From positions 30,001 to 62,000 of the forward strand of contig CAKUIA010000013.1 in assembly GCA_934660865.1 (NCBI GenBank): a DNA stretch of 32,000 nucleotides. The letters are read 5' to 3'. Positions 1-8,364 of the stretch are shown one piece after another. A model generated the notes under the pieces. That model was not told where the DNA came from. It saw only the letters and a program-made list of their open reading frames with translations, and searched no databases. The position numbers and the translations under genes were made by a program. The stretch comes from an uncultured Opitutales bacterium (GTDB lineage: Bacteria; Verrucomicrobiota; Verrucomicrobiia; Opitutales; Intestinicryptomonadaceae). How positions within the stretch are numbered: position 1 is the first letter of the stretch; every line of letters begins with the position of its first letter.

Positions 1-975
1 CGAAATCGCGTATGGGCACACCCCGTATTCTGAAGCCGACTCCCTTATTTTTTCGAGCGATGAAAAAGCCCCCTTAAAATAGTTTTTGTGCGAAAACGAA
101 AAGTCGCCACTTTGCGGCGCATATTCTATTTGGCAGTTTTCGCAGTCGAAGCAATATTCGCCGTTTAAAATGTGCTCGGCGCGGTTCCTTAGCTGGAAAA
201 CCCTGGGGTAGTCGGCGTTTTTTAAAAACTTTTTCAATTCGCCCACAAGCTGCATTTGCCCGCTGCTTTTCGAGCTAAGGCACACCGCCCTTTCTATTTT
301 TGCATCGCGCATAAGGGCAAGCATTGCGTCGAAGGCTATTGCCGTTTTGCCGAACGCCGTAAAGGCCTTAAACGACACAACCTTGTTGTTTTTAATAGCC
401 TTTTTAAGGTTGTCGATGGCATCTTTTTGCCCCTCGCGCAGCGTTTTAAAGGGAAGCGTTATGCCGCCTAAAGCCACAGTCTTGCCCGCCGCTTCAAGCT
501 CCGACAAATACTCCGTAAACTCGGCCGCACGCTGCATAATCGCGTGTTCGGGATTTTCGTTTACGGCAAATTTTTGGCGGCGGCCCGTGTCGGTATTTAC
601 ATACAAAAGCTCGCCCGAACACCTGCATTTTTTTGAAAGCGCAAAAAGGTATACGCAAAGCTGCACTTTGTGCGGCAGCTCGTAGCCGTCTAGGGGAAAC
701 TGCCTTCGGGTGGTTTTGATTTCCCTTGCAACAAAAAAATCCCCCTCGTCGAAAAGCTCGTCGGCCTTGCCCGCAATGGTAAAATGCCAGCCTTTGCAGT
801 CGAATTCGGCCTTAAGCGGAACTTCGAACGCAACGTTTTGCGCCGTTTGCGAGTCTTCGGCGCGAATCGCCCTGTGCCAATAGTTGCCCAAGTAGGCGGC
901 CCACACCGAAGCCTTTGCGCTTTCCTTTGCCGAACGCAAAGAAAAATCGAACGCCGAAAATTCTCCGGCGCTCAT
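1..975 (-). CDS. N-terminal 325 aa of a PD-(D/E)XK nuclease domain fused to an XPD/DinG-type (SF2, 4Fe-4S) DNA helicase. The 3' end runs off the left edge of the window.
   Basis: Absent from the ORF track because it is open at the window edge. My reverse-complement translation from the ATG at 975-973 is stop-free down to base 1 (MSAGEFSAFDF...). Nuclease motifs: GKADELF, VAREIKTT and HKVQLCVYLFAL (D, ExK, QxxxY). Helicase Q-motif and Walker A: LREGQKDAI ... FKAFTAFGKTAIAF. Cys cluster CFDCENC ... VCPYAIS, as in XPD/Rad3/DinG Fe-S domains. Confidence 0.7.
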   Translation of the reverse strand, partial: MSAGEFSAFDFSLRSAKESAKASVWAAYLGNYWHRAIRAEDSQTAQNVAFEVPLKAEFDCKGWHFTIAGKADELFDEGDFFVAREIKTTRRQFPLDGYELPHKVQLCVYLFALSKKCRCSGELLYVNTDTGRRQKFAVNENPEHAIMQRAAEFTEYLSELEAAGKTVALGGITLPFKTLREGQKDAIDNLKKAIKNNKVVSFKAFTAFGKTAIAFDAMLALMRDAKIERAVCLSSKSSGQMQLVGELKKFLKNADYPRVFQLRNRAEHILNGEYCFDCENCQIEYAPQSGDFSFSHKNYFKGAFSSLEKIRESASEYGVCPYAIS

Positions 976-1009
976 TTTTATTTTTTTTGCCTTTAAGTTT
1001 ATGTCCAAC

Positions 1010-2077
1010 TTAGAATTTCGAAACGCTGTCTACGGCGGCGGCGTCCCTTTCTTCGGCCTGGGTTTTGTAGAGCTCTTCCATATACTTCCTAAGCATTTTG
1101 TCGAAGCGCGAGTCTATAACCAAAAGCCCCGCGGGCACGTTAGACTTGTTCAACACAAGCTTTGCCCTTAATGCGCCGTCGCTGCTTATGTAGTTAAAGC
1201 CGAAAGCCGTATTTTCCTGATTGGGAATTGCGCCCATAATGCGAAGCTCTTTGCCCTTTAGGTCTTCCACGCTTTTCACCGCAACCGAGTCTATGGAAGA
1301 TGCCGCCTTAAGCGTTTGCTCGTTTTTTGCGGCATTTTTAAGCGCCTTTTGCTTTGCCCTTTCCTTGTTGTTTAGCTTTGCGGTTTTTTCGGCCGCGCGC
1401 CTGCGGTCTTTTTCGACCTCGTTTTTGTAGCGCGCAAAAGACTTCTGCCTTTCGTCCGAAATTATCGACGTGCGCAAATCGGCCGAATAGCCCGACGACT
1501 TTGCAACGCTTTCGGGAACGACAAACTCTATTATCCTGCTTTTTGGCTTCGGCAAAACCGCCATTAGCTGGGCAAGCGCGGGATCCGACGAAACGTAGGT
1601 TTTCGCGTCGTCTTCCGAAGGCATGTCGTTTTTCTTTATAAAGTTGTTTGTGGCAACCCAGGCGGTGCCCTGCGCGCGCTTCGAAATCATCGCCATCATA
1701 AGCCTTGCCAGCTCTTCGGGATACATAACCGGATAGCGCGTGTAGTACTCCATAACCGAAACGTCCTTATAGTATACAACATGAAGCTCCCAACCGTCCA
1801 AATCGTTTTGCTTTAAAACGTCCGACGACGTTGCCGCAGCCAAATCCGGCCTTTTAAAATAAAACTGGTGGCTAATTTCCTTCGGCATAATAAGCAGCAT
1901 ATTTTTGTAGGGCAGCTCGGCAACCTCCCTGTCCCTTTCCTCGGGCTTGTCGTATAAAATGCAGCCGCCGCTTTTCATCAAAAGGCGGTTTTCCATAAGC
2001 TTTCTGTTTTCGCCAATCTTTGCAAAAAGGCCTACAACGGCAAATGCCATAACAAGGGTCGCAATAAGTTTCTTCAT
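1010..2077 (-). CDS. Hypothetical exported protein with a central Lys/Ala/Glu-rich coiled-coil-like segment
   Basis: Long ORF (1010..2089 in the track). The second ATG at 2077 gives a classic signal peptide, MKKLIATLVMAFAVVGLFA. The charged low-complexity centre reads ERQKSFARYKNEVEKDRRRAAEKTAKLNNKERAKQKALKNAAKNEQ. I recognise no family. It lies 34 nt upstream of the nuclease-helicase gene on the same strand. Confidence 0.7.
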   Translation of the reverse strand: MKKLIATLVMAFAVVGLFAKIGENRKLMENRLLMKSGGCILYDKPEERDREVAELPYKNMLLIMPKEISHQFYFKRPDLAAATSSDVLKQNDLDGWELHVVYYKDVSVMEYYTRYPVMYPEELARLMMAMISKRAQGTAWVATNNFIKKNDMPSEDDAKTYVSSDPALAQLMAVLPKPKSRIIEFVVPESVAKSSGYSADLRTSIISDERQKSFARYKNEVEKDRRRAAEKTAKLNNKERAKQKALKNAAKNEQTLKAASSIDSVAVKSVEDLKGKELRIMGAIPNQENTAFGFNYISSDGALRAKLVLNKSNVPAGLLVIDSRFDKMLRKYMEELYKTQAEERDAAAVDSVSKF

Positions 2078-2161
2078 ACAAAACAGCATAATCGGCGCGC
2101 CCGATTTATTGCAATAAAAAAGATTGTTGAAAAAATTTTGCCCCGCCCTTTTATTTAGACA

Positions 2162-4714
2162 ATGGAAAAACTACCTGTAGAGGGACTAAAAGAGCGCATA
2201 TTAGGCGACCTAAAATCGGGCGTAAACCGCTTCGTAATAAGCGCACCGACGGCCTCGGGCAAATCCACAAAGCTGCCGCAAATATTCGCCGAAAGCGAAA
2301 AAATAACGGGGCAGATAATAGTATTGCAGCCGCGCAGAATTGCGGCGCGTTTTTTGGCCAAAACGGTGGCAAAACAAATGGCAGCTAGCCTCGGCAAAGA
2401 GGTGGGCTGGAACATACGCTTCGACAAAAACTGCTCGGCCGAAAGCAAAATAGTGTTCGAAACCGAGGGCATTTTGGCGCGCCAGCTTTTAAGCGAAAAA
2501 ACAATGCAAAATGTCGGCGCCGTGATTTTAGACGAATTCCACGAAAGAAACCTTTATTCTGACATTTCGCTTGCCCTTGCCTTAAAACTGCAGACCGAAA
2601 AGCGCCCCGACTTGGTTATAGCAGTCTGCTCGGCCTCTATGGACGACGAAGCCCTGTGCGGCTACTTCGGCAAAGACGCCTGCACAAAGCTTGAATGCTC
2701 CTCGCGCCTATACGATGTAGACATTTTGTACGCCCCGAAAAAATCGGCCGACGACAAAATATGGGATATGGCGGCGCGCCAGTTCGACTATTTGGCAAGA
2801 ACAACCCAAGACGGCAATTTTTTGATTTTTATGCCGGGGGTGTACGAAATAAACCGCACAATAGGCGCAATGCTTAAAATGCCCGGCTCGCGCGGAATCG
2901 AAATTTTACCGCTGTACGGAAATATGCCGATAAACAGGCAGGACGAAATCCTGTCGCAGGGCGCAAGAAGAAAGGCCATTGTAGCTACAAACGTAGCGGA
3001 AACTTCGCTTACAATAGAGGGCGTAAAATATGTGATAGACAGCGGGCTTGCAAAAATCGCCCGCTACGACGCCTCGAGGGGCGTAAACACCCTGTTTTCG
3101 GAAAAAATCAGCATGGCCAACGCCGTGCAGAGGGCGGGCCGCGCGGGCAGAACTTCAAACGGCGTTGCAATCAGGCTTTGGAGCAAAAGTCAGGAGCAGT
3201 TTTTCGAGCCTTTTGCCAGCCCTGAGATAGAGCGTATGGATTTAAGCGAAGTTGCCTTGTGGGTAAAAAGCGCGGGTATGTCGCTTGAAAACCTGCCGCT
3301 TTTCGAAAAAGCCCCCGAAAAAAATCTGGAATTTGCCTATCAAAATTTAAAGTCGCTAAACGCGGTAGACGCCCAATGCAACATAACAGGCGACGGCCGC
3401 ATTTTGGCAAAATTCCCCACGCAGGTAAAATACGCAAAGCTGCTTTTCGAAGCCTGCAAGCGCGGCTGTTTGCGCGAGGCAGCGGCGGCGGCGGCCATTA
3501 TCGACTGCGGCAAAATTATGCTCGATGCCGAAAACCAGTATAAAGAATCGGAGCGCAGCGACATTTTAGCCGACGAAAAGAGCGAAATAGCCCAAATTGC
3601 AAAGCTTTGCCAAATAGCCAAAAACAATTCGTACGACGAGCGCTTTTGCCGCCAATACGGCATACACGCGGCAAACGCGCGCAAGGCCGAAACTTTGGCG
3701 CAGGATTTGTATTCAACGGCCCAACGCGCATTCGGCGAAAATACGCACCAAGCAGCCGACCGCAGCGACGCCCTTGCAAAATGCGTTATAAGCGCCTTCA
3801 GCGAAAACCTGTGCGCAAGGATAAACGACGCCCAGCTTAGCTGCCAAATTGCAAACGGCAAAAGCGGCGTTATAGCAAAGGCGTCTAAAAAATTTGCCGA
3901 ACACCTGTTTTGCGCCCTAAATTTGCAGGAGCAGCTTGCACAGGGCAAGGCAAGCATTGTTGCAAGCATGTGCGTGCCCGTTTCGGTAGGGCAGATAACC
4001 GATGTTTTCGGCGGGCAAATAACCGAACAAATAACAAACTGCATAGACGAGCGCCACAAGCGCGTTATATGCAAAGTGCAAAAAACCTTTAGGGGGCTTG
4101 TTTTAGAGCAAAGCCAGCACGACTGCACCGACAAGGAGGCCTGCGCCAAAGTTTTGCTGGACGAAATTTTAAAGGGCAAACTGGTTTTGGAAAACTTCAA
4201 CGAAAAGGCGCAACGCTTTATAACGCGCGCAAATTTTGCCGCCGAATGCGCCCCAAAATACAACCTGCCGAAGATAGACGACGAGGCCCTGCAGATGGTT
4301 TTTGCCGACCTATGCTACGGCAAAAGCTCGTATACTCAGCTAAAAAATGTCGAAGTTTTGCCGCATATAAAGGCGTGGTATTCTCAAGAGCAGCTTGCAC
4401 TGATAGACTATTTGGCCCCCGACTTTATGGAATTTGCAAACCGCAAAAAACCGTGCTACATAGAATACAATCTGCCGATGAAACAGGCAACGCTTTCGGC
4501 GTCGTTTAAAGACCTGTACAACTTTAACGCCGACAAAATAAAAATTGCCGACGGCAACGTAAAGCTTACATACCAAATCTTGGCGCCCAACTACAGACCC
4601 ATACAAAGCACGCAAAACCTTGCCGAATTTTGGCAAACTTCTTGGAAATCAATAAGAAAAGAAATTAAAGCGCGCTACCCAAAGCATTTTAAAAGCGACG
4701 CCGATTATGCCTAA
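2162..4714 (+). CDS. hrpB: ATP-dependent RNA helicase HrpB (DEAH-box family)
   Basis: 850 aa. Walker A SAPTASGKSTKLPQ, DEAH-box variant LDEFHERN, motif VI QRAGRAGR. The length and long C-terminal extension fit HrpB rather than HrpA. Confidence 0.88.
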   Translation: MEKLPVEGLKERILGDLKSGVNRFVISAPTASGKSTKLPQIFAESEKITGQIIVLQPRRIAARFLAKTVAKQMAASLGKEVGWNIRFDKNCSAESKIVFETEGILARQLLSEKTMQNVGAVILDEFHERNLYSDISLALALKLQTEKRPDLVIAVCSASMDDEALCGYFGKDACTKLECSSRLYDVDILYAPKKSADDKIWDMAARQFDYLARTTQDGNFLIFMPGVYEINRTIGAMLKMPGSRGIEILPLYGNMPINRQDEILSQGARRKAIVATNVAETSLTIEGVKYVIDSGLAKIARYDASRGVNTLFSEKISMANAVQRAGRAGRTSNGVAIRLWSKSQEQFFEPFASPEIERMDLSEVALWVKSAGMSLENLPLFEKAPEKNLEFAYQNLKSLNAVDAQCNITGDGRILAKFPTQVKYAKLLFEACKRGCLREAAAAAAIIDCGKIMLDAENQYKESERSDILADEKSEIAQIAKLCQIAKNNSYDERFCRQYGIHAANARKAETLAQDLYSTAQRAFGENTHQAADRSDALAKCVISAFSENLCARINDAQLSCQIANGKSGVIAKASKKFAEHLFCALNLQEQLAQGKASIVASMCVPVSVGQITDVFGGQITEQITNCIDERHKRVICKVQKTFRGLVLEQSQHDCTDKEACAKVLLDEILKGKLVLENFNEKAQRFITRANFAAECAPKYNLPKIDDEALQMVFADLCYGKSSYTQLKNVEVLPHIKAWYSQEQLALIDYLAPDFMEFANRKKPCYIEYNLPMKQATLSASFKDLYNFNADKIKIADGNVKLTYQILAPNYRPIQSTQNLAEFWQTSWKSIRKEIKARYPKHFKSDADYA

Positions 4715-4838
4715 AAAACTACATTTTTGTATTATTTTTTTACAAAAATTTAAAAAAATATGTTGCCTAAAGGCGCAAGTTTTATAGAGTAAGGGTTTTT
4801 ATAAAAGTATATCTTTTTCGATTTAACTTATAAACACC

Positions 4839-6632
4839 ATGATAGATCCAAAAACAATAAAGAACAAAGCGTTGTTGGCTTGGGTAGACACAATCGCCAA
4901 GCTCGCTACGCCCGACAGTATCCATTGGGTAGACGGTTCTCAGGAAGAGGCCGACTCGCTCTTCAAGCTTATGCTCGACAAGGGAGCATGCGTAAAGCTT
5001 AACGAGAAGAAACGCCCGAACAGCTATCTGTTCCGCTCCGACCCGCGCGACGTTGCCCGTGTGGAAGCACGCACATTCATCTGCGCAAAAACCAAGGAAG
5101 ACGCAGGTCCGACAAACAACTGGATGGACCCGAAGGAAATGAAGGCCAAGCTCGACGGTCTTTTCAAGGGTTGCATGAAGGGCAGAACAATGTATGTTAT
5201 TCCCTTCAGCATGGGTCCCGTTGGCGGCCCCATCTCGCAAATCGGCGTTGAATTGTCCGACTCGCCCTATGTAGTATTGAATATGCGCATTATGGCAAGG
5301 GTTACCCCCAAGGTTTACGACTTGCTCGGCGAAAACGGCAAGTTCATTCCCTGCCTGCACTCGGTTGGTATGCCTTTGGCCGAAGGTCAAAAAGACGTTC
5401 TTTGGCCCTGCAACCCCGAAAACACCTACATTGTTCACTTCCCCGAAGAACGCGCTATTGTTAGCTTCGGTTCGGGCTACGGCGGCAATGCCTTGTTGGG
5501 CAAAAAGTGCCTTAGCTTGAGAATTGCTTCGGTAATGGGCAGAGACGAAGGCTGGATGGCCGAACACATGCTCATTTTGGGCGTAAAAGAACCCTCGGGC
5601 CGCAAGTCGTATGTAACGGCCGCATTCCCCAGCGCCTGCGGTAAAACAAACTTTGCAATGCTTATTCCCCCCGCGGAAATGCGCAAAGAAGGTTGGGAAA
5701 TTACCTGCGTAGGCGACGATATTGCCTGGATTAAACCCGCTGCCGACGGCAAGCTTTATGCAATCAACCCCGAAGCCGGTTTCTTCGGCGTTGCTCCGGG
5801 AACAAGCATGAAGACCAACCCCAATGCAATGATTTCGTGCTCGAAAGACTCTATCTTCACAAACGTTGCCCTTACAGACGACGGCGATGTATGGTGGGAA
5901 GGTATGACCGACGAAAAGCCCGCGCACTTGATAGACTGGAAAGGCCGCGACTGGACACCCGCTTCGGAAGAAAAAGCGGCACACCCGAACAGCCGTTTCA
6001 CAGCTCCCATCCGCAACTGCCCGTGCATAGACGAAAATGCGGAAAAGCTCGAAGGCGTTCCGATTTCGGCAGTAGTAGTTGGCGGTCGTCGTCCCAACGG
6101 TATGCCCTTGGTATTCGAAGCCTTTAACTGGACTCACGGCATCTACTTGGGCGCAACAATGGGTTCCGAATTGACGGCTGCTTCCGAAGGTAAAGTTGGC
6201 CAGCTTCGTTCCGACCCGATGGCTATGTTGCCCTTCGCAGGCTACCACATGGCAAGGTATCTCGAACACTTGGTAAAAATGGGTAAAGGTTTGGAAGTTA
6301 CCCCCAGAATCTTCCACGTTAACTGGTTCAGAAAGACAAGCGAAGGCAAGTTTATGTGGCCCGGTTATGGCGACAACGCACGCGTGTTGGCTTGGATGAT
6401 TGGTCGTTGCTACGGCAATGCACACGGTAAGGAAACTCCGATAGGCTTTATGCCCGGCTACGAAGACCTTAACTGGAACGGTCTCGACTACTCGAAGGAA
6501 ACCTTCAAGCAGCTAATGTCGTTCGACAAGGAAGTTGTATCGGCTCAGCCCTTAAAGCCCGAGCTTTACGACGCATTGCCCGACTCTCTCAAAATCGAAA
6601 GAGCCGCCCTTCTCGAAAGATTGGCAGACTAA
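4839..6632 (+). CDS. pckG: Phosphoenolpyruvate carboxykinase (GTP)
   Basis: 597 aa. GTP-PEPCK signatures: [12 protein letters not shown] (kinase-1a P-loop), VGDDIAW, and [12 protein letters not shown]-rich upstream region. Codon usage is so biased that the antisense frame stays open for 547 codons. Confidence 0.95.
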   Translation: MIDPKTIKNKALLAWVDTIAKLATPDSIHWVDGSQEEADSLFKLMLDKGACVKLNEKKRPNSYLFRSDPRDVARVEARTFICAKTKEDAGPTNNWMDPKEMKAKLDGLFKGCMKGRTMYVIPFSMGPVGGPISQIGVELSDSPYVVLNMRIMARVTPKVYDLLGENGKFIPCLHSVGMPLAEGQKDVLWPCNPENTYIVHFPEERAIVSFGSGYGGNALLGKKCLSLRIASVMGRDEGWMAEHMLILGVKEPSGRKSYVTAAFPSACGKTNFAMLIPPAEMRKEGWEITCVGDDIAWIKPAADGKLYAINPEAGFFGVAPGTSMKTNPNAMISCSKDSIFTNVALTDDGDVWWEGMTDEKPAHLIDWKGRDWTPASEEKAAHPNSRFTAPIRNCPCIDENAEKLEGVPISAVVVGGRRPNGMPLVFEAFNWTHGIYLGATMGSELTAASEGKVGQLRSDPMAMLPFAGYHMARYLEHLVKMGKGLEVTPRIFHVNWFRKTSEGKFMWPGYGDNARVLAWMIGRCYGNAHGKETPIGFMPGYEDLNWNGLDYSKETFKQLMSFDKEVVSAQPLKPELYDALPDSLKIERAALLERLAD

Positions 6633-6660
6633 TTTAGCAGTCATACTAAAAACCAAAAGA

Positions 6661-6686
6661 AGCTCCGAGCAATCGGGGCTTTTTTT
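6661..6686 (+). terminator. Rho-independent terminator after pckG
   Basis: Stem agctccga / tcggggct (8 bp, one G-U pair), loop gcaa, followed by a run of six T. It starts 29 nt after the pckG stop. Confidence 0.6.
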
Positions 6687-6856
6687 GTGCGCGTTTAAAG
6701 ACATTTTTTGTTGCGCTCTTTTCGGGGAAAGCGACTGCATATAGGCGTAATACACTAAAAAGCCAAACGGGCCTTGCACTGCCCCCTCAAAAAAATTTGC
6801 GCGTTTTTTGCGCATAAAAAAGGCTTTTTTGCCAAAACAAAAGCCCTTAATTATTC

Positions 6857-6886
6857 TTGACTAATTAAGCTTAGTAAAGATAGTAT
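6857..6886 (+). promoter_or_regulatory. Candidate sigma70-like promoter for the MFS transporter gene
   Basis: TTGACT (6857-6862), an 18-nt spacer, then TAGTAT (6881-6886), about 50 nt upstream of the ATG at 6938. An AAGGA Shine-Dalgarno-like element sits at 6926-6930. This is a pattern match only, and the promoter consensus of this organism is unknown. Confidence 0.3.
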
Positions 6887-6937
6887 CTTCGCTGATATAC
6901 ATTTTGCATTATATAACGAGTTTCAGAAGGAAAATAA

Positions 6938-8257
6938 ATGCTGATTAAAGAAAAGACTAAGACAACCGGTATGTTCAGATGGGTAATTTGCTTTTTGCTC
7001 TTCTGCATAACAACAATAAACTATATGGACAGGCAAATTATAGGTTTGCTTGAGCCCGACTATTTGGCAAAGGAATTTGGCTGGAACGAAATAGACTACG
7101 CCAACATTACCGCGGCATTCCTTTTTGCCTACGCCATAGGCCCCGTGCTTATGGGCATTTTTATAGACAAAATAGGCGTGCGCTACGGTATGTTTGTTGT
7201 CGCGTTTTTCTGGAGCTTGGCAACGGCAATGCATGCGGCCGTTCACGAATTTAACATTTTGGGCCTTACAATTACAAGCACACTGGGCTTTATGTTCTGC
7301 CGCGTATGCCTGGGCATTTTCGAAGGCGGCAACTTCCCCGCGGCAATTAGGGCGGTTTCCACCTGGTTTCCAAAAAAAGAGGTTTCGCTTGCAAACGGCT
7401 TGTTTAATTCGGGCAGCAATATGGGCGCAATAGTAGCCCCCGTAATAGTCCCCATTTTGGCGGTTCAATTCGGGTGGAGAATGTCTTTCCTTTCGCTCGG
7501 TGTAATAGGCGTTATTTGGGTGCTGTTTTGGCTTATGTTCTACAATTCTCCGCGCCAGTCTAAATATGTAAAGCAAAGCGAAATCGACTATATAGAATCG
7601 GATTCCTCCGCCGAAGAGCAAAAAAGCGACGAGCCCGAAAGGAAAATTTCGTGGCTGTCGCTCTTTAAAAACAGGTCTGTTTTGGCGTATGCGGTTGGCA
7701 TGGCAATGAGCTCGCCGATTTGGTGGTTCTATTTGTTCTGGATTCCCAAGTTCCTAAAAAAAGAGTTCAACCTTTCGGTTATGGACCAAATGCCGATGTT
7801 GGCCGTAATTTACCTTATTGCGGCAATCGGCAGCGTTGCAGGCGGGGCAATATCTTCGTGGTTTATTGCAAGGGGCAAGTCGCTTAACTTTGCAAGGAAA
7901 ACTTCGCTTTTAATTTGCGCGCTTTGCGTGTTGCCCGTGTTCTTTGCGCCAATAGTTCCCAACGCATGGGTTGCAACTTTGCTTGTCGGCTTGGCGGGCG
8001 CCGCCCACCAGGGTTTTTCGGCCAATCTCTACGCCATTGTTTGCGATGTTGCCCCCAAAAAGGTTGTCGCCTCGGTAACCGGCATAGGAACAACAATGGC
8101 GGCCGTTGTATCGCTTTTCTGCTTCCTGGTTGTAGGCCACGTTTTAGAGGCAATGGGCAGCTACACGGGCATTTTTGCAGTGGCTTCGGTAGCCTATGTC
8201 GTCGCAACGCTTATAATGCAAATAATATCGCCCAAGCTCGACAAAATAAGGGCTTAA
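6938..8257 (+). CDS. exuT: MFS transporter, anion:cation symporter (ACS) family, hexuronate-transporter (ExuT)-like
   Basis: 439 aa with about 12 predicted hydrophobic helices. The N-terminal signature FRWVICFLLFCITTINYMDRQIIGLL is typical of ExuT/ACS-family MFS proteins. The substrate call is by family resemblance only. Confidence 0.6.
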   Translation: MLIKEKTKTTGMFRWVICFLLFCITTINYMDRQIIGLLEPDYLAKEFGWNEIDYANITAAFLFAYAIGPVLMGIFIDKIGVRYGMFVVAFFWSLATAMHAAVHEFNILGLTITSTLGFMFCRVCLGIFEGGNFPAAIRAVSTWFPKKEVSLANGLFNSGSNMGAIVAPVIVPILAVQFGWRMSFLSLGVIGVIWVLFWLMFYNSPRQSKYVKQSEIDYIESDSSAEEQKSDEPERKISWLSLFKNRSVLAYAVGMAMSSPIWWFYLFWIPKFLKKEFNLSVMDQMPMLAVIYLIAAIGSVAGGAISSWFIARGKSLNFARKTSLLICALCVLPVFFAPIVPNAWVATLLVGLAGAAHQGFSANLYAIVCDVAPKKVVASVTGIGTTMAAVVSLFCFLVVGHVLEAMGSYTGIFAVASVAYVVATLIMQIISPKLDKIRA

Positions 8258-8291
8258 CCCCGCAAAACAAAAAACTGTATTTCAACAAAAA

Positions 8292-8330
8292 GGCGGAACA
8301 AATCTTGTTGTTCCGCCCTTTTTTATTTTT
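8292..8330. terminator. Bidirectional intrinsic terminator between the convergent transporter and GH-like genes
   Basis: Perfect 10-bp stem ggcggaacaa / ttgttccgcc, 6-nt loop. A T-run follows on the plus strand (cttttttattttt) and an A-run precedes it, which reads as a T-run on the minus strand. Confidence 0.65.
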
Positions 8331-8364
8331 AATTTGCAATGCTTAAAAGCGACTTTTAAGCAGG

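Noticed and set aside
256-996. Three small plus-strand ORFs (71, 112 and 70 aa) at the left edge
   Set aside because: They overlap a continuous 325-codon minus-strand frame with clear nuclease and helicase motifs. At least the first begins with a non-ATG codon (the track reports a TTG start as Met), and all three encode Arg/Phe-rich nonsense.
3340-4263. 307-aa ORF antisense to hrpB. The 333-aa ORF antisense to uvrB (30158-31159) is a similar case.
   Set aside because: Both lie entirely inside well-supported conserved genes on the other strand. Their products are Ser/Ala/Cys/Phe-rich with no motifs. They are shadow ORFs.
4723-4749. 9-bp AT-only inverted repeat (atttttgta / tacaaaaat) just after hrpB
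   Set aside because: It could be a weak terminator or an operator for pckG. However, the stem is almost pure A-T, it is not followed by a T-run, and such repeats arise easily in AT-rich spacers. The evidence is insufficient for a feature call.
4782-6425. 547-codon open frame antisense to pckG
   Set aside because: It is an exact mirror of a highly conserved, strongly codon-biased gene. The predicted protein is low-complexity (rich in Gly, Ala, Val, Arg, Cys) with no recognisable motif, and it starts in the AT-rich promoter region of pckG. The absence of stops is explained by the sense-strand codon bias. I treat it as a shadow ORF.
6552-6815. 87-aa minus-strand ORF spanning the pckG 3' end and the pckG-transporter intergenic region
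   Set aside because: It overlaps the pckG coding end and runs through the pckG terminator hairpin. It has no motifs and no plausible ribosome-binding context. The region is better explained as a terminator plus promoter spacer.
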